NCBI GenBank assembly: GCA_035716135.1
Contig: DASTKD010000594.1
Span: 1-51,966 of the forward strand
Source of the DNA: Ktedonobacteraceae bacterium
Lineage (GTDB): Bacteria; Chloroflexota; Ktedonobacteria; Ktedonobacterales; Ktedonobacteraceae
Reading direction: 5' to 3'
Length of the DNA: 51,966 bases
Positions within the stretch are counted from its first letter, which is position 1. Each line of letters starts with the position of its first letter. The position numbers were made by a program, and so were the translations under genes. This document shows, one piece after another, positions 1 to 7,832 of the stretch. The notes beneath the pieces are model-generated. The model worked only from the letters and a program-made list of their open reading frames with translations. It ran no database searches and had not been told where the DNA came from.

Positions 1-257
1 GTCGCATCCTTCCCCGGTTTTTCCGGCGTCGTCTCGCTGCCGGCTTGTTCCAATGCCTGCGCCAACGCCCTGACCGCCTCCTTCTCGCCAACCAGTTCTT
101 TGATTTGTTCATGACAGCGGCCAATATTCTCCATGCGCGCCGTAATAAACTGGTGCTTCGCCGCGCCAGCCGCAAACCCGTACAACCCGCGCTGCGCCGC
201 CTCGTACTCCCGTTCGCTCTGCTGCATTAAACGCGCGACCTCGCTCCCTTGCTCCAT
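1..257 (-). CDS. hypothetical protein, N-terminal part only (gene runs off the left edge)
   Basis: ATG at 257 on the minus strand, preceded by AAGGAG about 9 nt upstream. The frame is open to position 1 and is absent from the ORF track because there is no stop in the window. Translation starts MEQGSEVARLMQQSEREYEAAQRGLYGF... and matches no family I recognise. Confidence 0.45.
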   Translation of the reverse strand, partial: MEQGSEVARLMQQSEREYEAAQRGLYGFAAGAAKHQFITARMENIGRCHEQIKELVGEKEAVRALAQALEQAGSETTPEKPGKDA

Positions 258-317
258 GATGTGATACTCCTTTCTCCTACCTGCAATGTTTTAGCAAATT
301 GCATGGTATAATTGGAC

Positions 318-361
318 TGATCTGGTTCAATTCTACATAAAAGGGTCTGGGAACCAGATCA
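318..361. promoter_or_regulatory. 11-bp perfect inverted repeat (TGATCTGGTTC / GAACCAGATCA, 22-nt spacer) in a divergent intergenic region
   Basis: Read directly from the sequence. It lies between the divergent gene at 1-257 and the XRE-family regulator, downstream of a TGGTATAAT extended -10-like element at about 304-312. Possible operator or 5'-UTR hairpin. Confidence 0.35.
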
Positions 362-448
362 TTTTCGAGCGGATAGCCTGCGAAGAACATGCTTAACCAT
401 GCAGAAAACGTGCAGCAATCATGAAAACGTCGTGTGGAGGTCCTGTAT

Positions 449-1822
449 ATGTCAATGAAGCAGGGGAAATTTCCCAATAATCTGCGAGCATGTATCAAAG
501 AGAGTGGCTATACCATCCAGGAAATTGCGCAAGAAGCCGACATCCCACTAAGAACCCTGTTTGATTATTGTGGCGGGAAAACGCCAATCCCCAGGAAACG
601 CCTTGAAATCCTCGCCAATCTTCTCGGCTACCCGGCTGAGGCTATTGTACCTGTAAATAATAGCCTCAGTATCATACCTCTCAAAAATGCAAAAAACATG
701 CAGGAGATCGTACCAACGTTATCAGACACGCATGAAGTAGATAAGCCTCGCCGAGAACTTCTGCAACAAGCTCCCAGTTTTGTTAGTGTAGCGTTGATGA
801 CTTCACCCAACATATTGCTAAATGAAGACCTCTTGCAGCGATTCTCAAATGCTTTGACAAATCCATCAAGTACTGATGAAATAACATTGAATTACCTTGA
901 AATAAAGACAGCGAGCTACTGGCGAGACCGCCATAGTGCTATTGTGGCATCTAGTTATTTATTCAGTTATGTCGTAGAACACCTTCAAAGAGTAATAATC
1001 CTCCTTGAGAGGCCATCGTTCCCATCAATGCGCACACGCCTCTGCTGCATTGCAAGTGGAATAGCTCAGCTTGCTGGACATCTTTTATTTGATATGAGTG
1101 AGTTTGCGCGTGCGCGAAGTTTTCACCAGCTTGCCATTACTGCCGCGCAAGAAGGTCAGAATCAAGCGCTAGAAGCTGTTGCGTGGGCAAGGATGAGTTT
1201 CACCTGGACATATAGCGGAAATCCACTTGAAGCTCTTAGATGTATTCAAGAGGCTCGCCGCATAACAACGGGAAATGTGAATGTTACAGTTCGAGCATAT
1301 TTAGCAGCGGTGGAAGCTGAAATAGAGGCCATCCTCGGAAATTCTAAATTCTGCCTCAAGCTGCTAGAGATCGCAGAGCATGTTGAAGATTTGCCTCCTC
1401 CTGGAGAAGAAATATACTGGCTTCATTTTGATCGTTCACGATTTGCAGGCTATCAAGGCACATGCTTTAAGAGACTGTATAATCCAGAAGATTCAAAAAC
1501 ATACACCTTTTTAAGAACAGCCCAGAACGCCTTGACAGATGCGTTGACCTTACTTGACCCCGCACGACTACAAAGGCGTCCTACACTCCTGATTGATCTC
1601 GCCGGGACATATGCCCAACAAGGAGACGTGGAAGGAGCTTGCGAATATGCAGTTCAGGCTCTATCGATAATGGCTCAGACCAAATCACGGACGGTCGCAA
1701 AGCGCCTTCTTGCTCTACAGCAGAAAATGGAAACATGGAAGGACACGAGTTTTGTTAAAAACCTGGATCAACAAATTGCATCCCTTGTCACTTCCGATGG
1801 TATCGAGGTAGTGCATGAGTGA
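449..1822 (+). CDS. XRE-family HTH transcriptional regulator with a long C-terminal TPR-like helical domain
   Basis: N-terminus LRACIKESGYTIQEIAQEADIPLRTLFDYCGG is a typical XRE/Cro HTH, followed by about 350 aa of helical repeat-like sequence. The track ORF starts at GTG 434; ATG 449 sits 8 nt after GGAGG (436-440), so I prefer 449. Confidence 0.8.
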   Translation: MSMKQGKFPNNLRACIKESGYTIQEIAQEADIPLRTLFDYCGGKTPIPRKRLEILANLLGYPAEAIVPVNNSLSIIPLKNAKNMQEIVPTLSDTHEVDKPRRELLQQAPSFVSVALMTSPNILLNEDLLQRFSNALTNPSSTDEITLNYLEIKTASYWRDRHSAIVASSYLFSYVVEHLQRVIILLERPSFPSMRTRLCCIASGIAQLAGHLLFDMSEFARARSFHQLAITAAQEGQNQALEAVAWARMSFTWTYSGNPLEALRCIQEARRITTGNVNVTVRAYLAAVEAEIEAILGNSKFCLKLLEIAEHVEDLPPPGEEIYWLHFDRSRFAGYQGTCFKRLYNPEDSKTYTFLRTAQNALTDALTLLDPARLQRRPTLLIDLAGTYAQQGDVEGACEYAVQALSIMAQTKSRTVAKRLLALQQKMETWKDTSFVKNLDQQIASLVTSDGIEVVHE

Positions 1823-2381
1823 AACCATTTCTAACCAGAGAGGTGTTCTCTATGTAATCGCCTGTGGGGCATCCTCCGCTACGCTTGTCCCAAATCTTGT
1901 GATGCAAGCGCAAGCACAGGCATGGAAAGTGTGTGTTATTAGCACGCCACAGGGAACAAAGTTCATCGATATTCCCCTTCTTGAACAGCTTACGGGCTAT
2001 CCGGTGCGAAGTGAGTATAAGCGGCCCGAAGAATCGGATGTCTTACCACGAGCCGATGCTATTATTGTCTTTCCTGCTACATTCAACACGATTAACAAAT
2101 GGGCGCTTGGTATCTCAGATACCCTTGCGCTCGGCATCTTATGCGAATATACAGGATTGAAAATGCCCATTGTGACTGTTCCCTGCTTTCGCATTGGCGG
2201 CGGGCTTGATGGACACCCCGCCTTTTTCAGAAGTCTCCAGATGCTGAGAGACTATGGTATACGTGTACTGTACGAGCCAGACAGCTATCCCCCAAAGAAT
2301 CAGATTCCTGCGGAGGTAATACTTGAAGTTTTGCATGAAAAGATAAAAGTACATGCTCAACATAACAACAGAGCCGATTAA
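1815..2381 (+). CDS. HFCD-family flavoprotein (EpiD/CoaC-like fold), atypical
   Basis: VLYVIACGASSA N-terminal nucleotide-binding strand and PATFNTINKWALGISD (the PASANT-type motif of HFCD flavoproteins). The ATG overlaps the upstream stop by 8 nt (gcATGAGTGA). Confidence 0.75.
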   Translation: MSETISNQRGVLYVIACGASSATLVPNLVMQAQAQAWKVCVISTPQGTKFIDIPLLEQLTGYPVRSEYKRPEESDVLPRADAIIVFPATFNTINKWALGISDTLALGILCEYTGLKMPIVTVPCFRIGGGLDGHPAFFRSLQMLRDYGIRVLYEPDSYPPKNQIPAEVILEVLHEKIKVHAQHNNRAD

Positions 2382-2534
2382 GAACAGCGACTACTGTAGT
2401 GAAATAGTCTTCCCATTTGTGAGCTAGCATACTCGACGAAATAGTCTTTCTATGCTACACTGCTGGTAAGCGATAGAGGGTCTGAAATAGTGATTCGAGC
2501 ACATATAGTAGCGATATAAGGAGTATGCAAATCT

Positions 2535-3512
2535 ATGACAACGTGTACATCCTGTGGCAATGATGTCACCGGCAAGAAATTTTGCCCGTCGTGCGGCACG
2601 CCTGTGCAGGCAGCGGTCGCGCCAACGGTGGAAGCGGCAACTACCACCTGTCCTCGTTGTAATGGCACCGTCAAAACGGGCGCTTCATTTTGTATGCACT
2701 GTGGCGCATCACTCGTGGGGCAAACGATGGTTGCAACTGCCCAGCCGGAACAGTCACAGCCAGCAACCCGCCAGTGTATCGCCTGTCATAGCGAAGTTCC
2801 CGCCAGCACCGCCTTCTGCACCAATTGCGGGCAACCGATGCAAGCCGCGCCGGCTCCATCCACGACGACAGCCGCGCCGACCTACTGTAACAATTGTGGG
2901 CGACAGAACGCGCCCGGCGTGCGCTTCTGTGGCGGCTGCGGCAGCCCACTTGCAACGGGAACTCCGGCCCCCGCGCCACAGGCGTATCCGCAGACTGGTC
3001 CCTACGGGCAGCCATCTCAACCCTATGCATCCCAGTATGACCAGTCACAGTACGGCGGTCAATCGACATACCAGCAGCCCGGCACACAGTATCCTCAGCA
3101 GTCGCAAATGTACCCGCAACAGGGACAGGCATACCCACAGCAGTACGGTCAGGCGGGCTACCAGCCACAACCAATGGTGGGTCAGCAGCCAATGGTGCTG
3201 CGCTGCCCCGTATGCATGGCGATGTCCCCGGTCGGCACCGCTAACTGCGCTGGATGCCATACCAATCTCGCGGGCGTCGTTCCTACTCCCGCCGGAATGC
3301 CTATGCAGGGTCAACAGGGCGGCGGCCTGGGAGGAATGTTCCAGGGTCAGGGCGGCGGTATGGCAATGGGCGCGCTGGGAGGCGCGGCAGCCGTCATCGG
3401 AGGCGAAATGCTCCTGCACGGCATTGAACACGAACATGAGCGCCGCTATGACGATGATGGCGGTCTGCTGGGGGGTCTTGGCGGGCTTGCCAACGATATC
3501 GGCCTGTTCTAA
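2535..3512 (+). CDS. multi-zinc-ribbon protein with a Q/Y/P-rich low-complexity region and a Gly-rich tail
   Basis: Five CxxC...CxxC pairs (CTSCG..CPSCG, CPRCN..CMHCG, CIACH..CTNCG, CNNCG..CGGCG, CPVCM..CAGCH). SD AAGGAG lies 9 nt upstream of the ATG. The overlapping 372-aa and 217-aa ORFs are GC-driven shadows. Confidence 0.8.
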   Translation: MTTCTSCGNDVTGKKFCPSCGTPVQAAVAPTVEAATTTCPRCNGTVKTGASFCMHCGASLVGQTMVATAQPEQSQPATRQCIACHSEVPASTAFCTNCGQPMQAAPAPSTTTAAPTYCNNCGRQNAPGVRFCGGCGSPLATGTPAPAPQAYPQTGPYGQPSQPYASQYDQSQYGGQSTYQQPGTQYPQQSQMYPQQGQAYPQQYGQAGYQPQPMVGQQPMVLRCPVCMAMSPVGTANCAGCHTNLAGVVPTPAGMPMQGQQGGGLGGMFQGQGGGMAMGALGGAAAVIGGEMLLHGIEHEHERRYDDDGGLLGGLGGLANDIGLF

Positions 3513-3523
3513 AACCTGCATCA

Positions 3524-3597
3524 TTGCCAGGAAAAGGTGGGCAAAACCAGCGTTGGAGCGTGTCCAGATACTGGTTTTGCCCACCTTTTCCTGGCAA
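3524..3597. terminator. 27-bp perfect inverted repeat with a 20-nt loop (hairpin, probable intergenic terminator or attenuator)
   Basis: TTGCCAGGAAAAGGTGGGCAAAACCAG (3524-3550) is the exact reverse complement of 3571-3597. It starts 12 nt after the zinc-ribbon gene stop. There is no U-tract after it. Confidence 0.5.
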
Positions 3598-3725
3598 TCC
3601 ACTTTCATAGTACCCAAAAGGGCTATGCCAACACCCTTTATCCGTTGCCTACCACGCTCAAACCGTCTATAATGATGTGGCATGTTCAAATAGAGCAAGT
3701 CACAAAAGAAGGTACCTTATATTCA

Positions 3726-5006
3726 ATGCAATACCAGCGAACACTATTGCGGAATGGGCTGCGCTTACTGACCGCGCCAATGGAAGGGATGCGTTCCGCA
3801 AGCATCGCCCTGATTTTTACCGTTGGTTCACGTTACGAAACCCAATCGCAGGCAGGCATTTCGCACTTTATTGAGCATATGTTGTTCAAAGGTTCGCAAC
3901 ACTACCCTACGGCGAGACATATATCTGAGGCTATTGAAGGGGTTGGCGGGGTTTTTAACGGCAGTACCGACAAAGAACTCACTATGTACACGGCGCGCGT
4001 TCCCGGCGAACAACTGCCGACCGTCATGGAAGTCCTCGCGGACATGGTGCGCAGGCCGATCTTTGACGCTGACGAACTGGAAAAGGAACGCGGCGTTATC
4101 ATTGAAGAGTTGAGTTCAACCCGCGATGATCCGCAGGAGTGGGTGGGACTGCTCATCGATGAGACCACGTGGCCCGGCTTACCATTGGGACGCGACGATG
4201 CCGGTTTTATCGAAAGCGTATCCCGCTTGCAACAGCAAGACTTATGGCACTACTTACATGAATATTACCGGCCAAATTCGTTGATTATTAGCGTGGCGGG
4301 GAATATCGATGCAGACCAGGTGATTGCTCTCACCGAACAACTCTTTGGAGATTGGGAGGTCGGCCAGCACAAAAATTGGGCGGAAAGTTTTCCACCGCAA
4401 GATGCGGTGCCTGTAGCGGTCATCCAGAAAGAGACGGAACAGGCCAATATCTGCCTGGGGACGCTGGGCATCGCCTATACGTCGCCCGATTATTATGCAT
4501 TTATGCTCACGAACGCCATACTGGGCGAGGGCATGAGTTCTCGCCTCTTCCAGACGATTCGGGAAGAGCAGGGGCTGGCCTACGATATTGGCAGTTACTT
4601 TAATAGCTACGCGGAAACGGGTAACTTCGTTGTCAGCGCCGGTGTGGACCCGGAACAAGTCGAGCCTGCTATCAAGGCCATCATTGGCGAGTTGCAGCGT
4701 ATCAGCCAGCAACTCGTGCCAGTAGATGAGTTGAACCGTATTAAGGCGTATATACGAGGCAGTATTATTCTGGGATTAGAGGGAACCGCGCAGGTCGCTT
4801 CCTGGCTGGGGAGCCAGGAGTACTCGCGCGGCAAAATTCTCCCGGTTGATGAGGTTGTAGCAAAAATTGATGCTGTGACAGTTGACGACATCCAACGTAT
4901 CGCGCAACATTGCTTTGCGCCGGAATGGCGGCGACTGGCGGTAATTGGACCCTATGAATCTGGGAGTGCGGAACATTTCGCAAAGTTGCTCAAGGGTGGT
5001 GACTAA
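3726..5006 (+). CDS. M16-family (pitrilysin/insulinase-like) zinc metallopeptidase
   Basis: The inverted zinc motif HFIEHMLFKGS (HxxEH) and two M16 half-domains. The track ORF (3537) begins inside the hairpin; ATG 3726 (MQYQRTLLRNGLRLL...) is the plausible start. Confidence 0.9.
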   Translation: MQYQRTLLRNGLRLLTAPMEGMRSASIALIFTVGSRYETQSQAGISHFIEHMLFKGSQHYPTARHISEAIEGVGGVFNGSTDKELTMYTARVPGEQLPTVMEVLADMVRRPIFDADELEKERGVIIEELSSTRDDPQEWVGLLIDETTWPGLPLGRDDAGFIESVSRLQQQDLWHYLHEYYRPNSLIISVAGNIDADQVIALTEQLFGDWEVGQHKNWAESFPPQDAVPVAVIQKETEQANICLGTLGIAYTSPDYYAFMLTNAILGEGMSSRLFQTIREEQGLAYDIGSYFNSYAETGNFVVSAGVDPEQVEPAIKAIIGELQRISQQLVPVDELNRIKAYIRGSIILGLEGTAQVASWLGSQEYSRGKILPVDEVVAKIDAVTVDDIQRIAQHCFAPEWRRLAVIGPYESGSAEHFAKLLKGGD

Positions 5007-5077
5007 ACGTTTCAACCTGGAGGACACCGTGTAAAGTTGCCCTCTGAATTGAGGCGGGAGACAGGAGATCGATTTTT

Positions 5078-7813
5078 ATGGCGCAAACAAAGCTTCGTGA
5101 TCGTATTCAAAGTATAGAGGACGCCATCAGCGCGGGTCGCATCGACAGTGCTATGGCCGACTGCCAGGAGATTCTGGCGCGTTATCCCGATGCGCTGGAA
5201 ATCCAACGGCTGCTGGGCGAGGTCTACCTGGCACAGGGTCGCCTGGAAGAGGCGCAACAAACCTTTGACTGGATTCTGGTCAATGATCCAGAAAACGTGA
5301 TCGCCTATTGCGACCGCGCGCTTATTTGCGAACACCTATCCGACATCGATACCGCCCTCGACTGCTACCAGCAGGCTTACGAATTGAGCCGGGGCAACAG
5401 CCAGATTCGCCAGGAATTTAACCAGTTGAGCGCCAAAGCGGGACAGCAGGAGTTTATGTTGTCCCGCGCCGGCCTTGCCCGTCTCTACATGCGCGGGGAC
5501 CTGCTCACACAGGCATTACAGGAATGGGAAGCCGTACTGGCCGCTTCACCTGATCGCCTGGATGCTCGCCTGGGATTGATGGAGACACACTGGCGCGAGG
5601 GCATTTATGACCAGGTCGAACAGCTAGCTTCGCGCATCCTCGAAGACATCCCCAACTGTGAAAAAGCGTTGTTACTCCTGGCGCACGTCACTTCAGCCTT
5701 TAACATGCAGCGCGCGCGCGAACTCGTACAACGCGCGGAATTGCTCGACCCTGAGCTAGTGATGGCGCGGGAACTGTTCAGCGATCTGGCGGCCAGCCAG
5801 CCTCATGATCCCTTCCTGGCGGTCATAAAACACGACGCGATTGTCTTGCAAGAGCATACCAACGGCAATGGCAGTCAGATTGATGCGATCAGTACTCTCC
5901 AATATGCCGCTGTGGAGGTCGAAGACGCCGCGACTGTCGCGCAGGGAGCTTCGGCAGATCGCCTGTACAACTGGAGCGCGCAAGACTCCCTGGCCGAACT
6001 GGATACCAGGACAATCGCGCAGGCAGGCGCGCCGCCAACTCCAGAAGTGCCTATTTCCGCTACATGGTCGGATGATGCGACTATTCGACAGGCCGAAACG
6101 TGGAAGCAACAACCCGAACCCGCCCAAAAGCAGACAGGAGACGATTTCGATGCCTGGGCCTCCCAGCAAGAAATCGATGACGACTACGACCCGGCTCTGC
6201 TGGAGCAGCAGCCCTGGTTCCAGGCCGAAAAGGCAACCACAGAGGCATCGCCCTCAAACGAGCAAGTACAGCATGATTCGCAGCCGGGTCTGCCGGAGGT
6301 GAGCGACCCGTGGAATGCTCCTGCTCAACCTCGGAAAGAAGAAGTTTCTGAGGCACCGGCCTGGCTCGATATGCTTACACGGAACGAGCGCCATCAGCCC
6401 GAGCAGACTGCGCCCGCGCCACAAGCGCCAGAACCTGCGCCAAACACATATCAACCGCAGCCTGAGCCTGCACCTGCGCCAAAAGCATCCAGGGAAAACG
6501 ATTTGCAGGCGGCTCCCGCTTCCCCGGAAACCGAAGACGACGCGCTACCTTTCTTCGTCGGATCTGACGACAATGATGAAGACATGGGCTGGCCGCAATG
6601 GCTCAAATCGCTCGGAGCCGAGGCTATCGAACCCGAAGCAGAAGCGCAGCCATCTTATAGCGCGTGGAGCGATTTACAACAATCAGTATCTTCTAGCAAG
6701 GCGAACTCATCGCCTTTCGACAACTGGCTCGATGCTCCTCAGTCTGTGCCTGCCGCATCACAATCACAGCCTGAAGCCGCGGCAAGCTACGACCCCTGGG
6801 CCGTACAGCCCGAAGTGAGTGCATTCGCCGCACAGGAACCGGCCCGGTACGGCTCGTGGGAAGAACAAATCGACGCGACCATGTCCGAGGATGAAAAAGC
6901 ACACCTGGCGACACTGGAGACATTGGAAAAAGATTTGTTCTCGCAGGGCTTTGTTCCACTGCAACCAGGCGCGCTTTCAACTATCGCGCAGGAATCTGGC
7001 ATTGCTTCTTCCACATCGAATCCAGAGAGCAACGTAGACGCGCCCGTTGAGAGTTCTGACGAACCGGCTCCAACACGGGCCGCTACACAGCCCCTTACCT
7101 CACCAACACCCGCCGAGCAGCCCTGGTGGGCCAGCGTACCATTCCAGGCCCCCACGCCTGAGAAACAGGTGTACACTCCCGCCGAATCAGCCGCCGCGCC
7201 TGTTGCATCCACGCAACCGCTTGAAGCCCCGCAGATGCCAGTGTATGCTCCCGCCGAGCAGGCAGTGACAGCTCCAGTTGCGCAGACACCACAACAGGCT
7301 CCGACGCCTGTGCTGGCAACCAACCGCGTCGAGCCAGAAGCGCCGCTCGCGCCAGCGTATCGCGCGGATGCCCTACTCGAAAACGAACTGGAAACTACCA
7401 TGAGACGCCCGGCTGTGCGCTTGCAGCCTATGCAGTCGGCAGCGGCTCGCGCCAACGCCGCATCCCTTACTGGCAAAGGACGACCGGCAGAGCGCGGCAC
7501 CGGCAGCAAATCGGGAGCGGGCGAGAGCGTGCTAAGCAAGAAAGAGCAGTTGGTGAAAGGCTATCAATACCAGCTCGCTGGCGCATATGACGATGCCATG
7601 CAGGAATACCGCATTACCATCCGCAACGCGCCCGAACTGCTCGACGAGGTCATCAGCAATCTACGCGCCCTGCTCAAGCTGGCTCCCAGATACACCACCG
7701 GCTATCGCGTGCTGGGAGATGCCTACATGCGCCAGGGCGAGTATCTCCAGGCAATGGAGGCGTATAACAAAGCTCTGACAATGGCGAAGAAAGCGAAAAG
7801 CCAGAGTCGTTAG
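5078..7813 (+). CDS. TPR-repeat protein with a roughly 580-aa acidic, Pro/Gln/Ala-rich disordered centre
   Basis: TPR-like helices at aa 1-235 and 830-905 (e.g. GDAYMRQGEYLQAMEAYNKAL). The central low-complexity region is shown by its composition. SD GGAG lies upstream of the ATG. Confidence 0.85.
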   Translation: MAQTKLRDRIQSIEDAISAGRIDSAMADCQEILARYPDALEIQRLLGEVYLAQGRLEEAQQTFDWILVNDPENVIAYCDRALICEHLSDIDTALDCYQQAYELSRGNSQIRQEFNQLSAKAGQQEFMLSRAGLARLYMRGDLLTQALQEWEAVLAASPDRLDARLGLMETHWREGIYDQVEQLASRILEDIPNCEKALLLLAHVTSAFNMQRARELVQRAELLDPELVMARELFSDLAASQPHDPFLAVIKHDAIVLQEHTNGNGSQIDAISTLQYAAVEVEDAATVAQGASADRLYNWSAQDSLAELDTRTIAQAGAPPTPEVPISATWSDDATIRQAETWKQQPEPAQKQTGDDFDAWASQQEIDDDYDPALLEQQPWFQAEKATTEASPSNEQVQHDSQPGLPEVSDPWNAPAQPRKEEVSEAPAWLDMLTRNERHQPEQTAPAPQAPEPAPNTYQPQPEPAPAPKASRENDLQAAPASPETEDDALPFFVGSDDNDEDMGWPQWLKSLGAEAIEPEAEAQPSYSAWSDLQQSVSSSKANSSPFDNWLDAPQSVPAASQSQPEAAASYDPWAVQPEVSAFAAQEPARYGSWEEQIDATMSEDEKAHLATLETLEKDLFSQGFVPLQPGALSTIAQESGIASSTSNPESNVDAPVESSDEPAPTRAATQPLTSPTPAEQPWWASVPFQAPTPEKQVYTPAESAAAPVASTQPLEAPQMPVYAPAEQAVTAPVAQTPQQAPTPVLATNRVEPEAPLAPAYRADALLENELETTMRRPAVRLQPMQSAAARANAASLTGKGRPAERGTGSKSGAGESVLSKKEQLVKGYQYQLAGAYDDAMQEYRITIRNAPELLDEVISNLRALLKLAPRYTTGYRVLGDAYMRQGEYLQAMEAYNKALTMAKKAKSQSR

Positions 7814-7832
7814 TTGAACACAGGAGACGAAG

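Noticed and set aside
2452-2469. Micro-ORF ATG CTA CAC TGC TGG TAA (MLHCW) between the flavoprotein and zinc-ribbon genes, considered as a possible Cys-containing pheromone or HFCD substrate
   Set aside because: It has no SD and no leader or propeptide, is only 5 codons long, and cannot be distinguished from chance.
2554-3698. Long alternative-frame ORFs (372 aa on the plus strand at 2554-3672, 217 aa on the minus strand at 3045-3698, 173 aa on the minus strand at 2671-3192) overlapping the zinc-ribbon gene
   Set aside because: They are Arg/Pro/Ala-rich shadow frames typical of GC-rich low-complexity coding DNA, with no motifs. The 325-aa frame has regular zinc-ribbon units and an SD.
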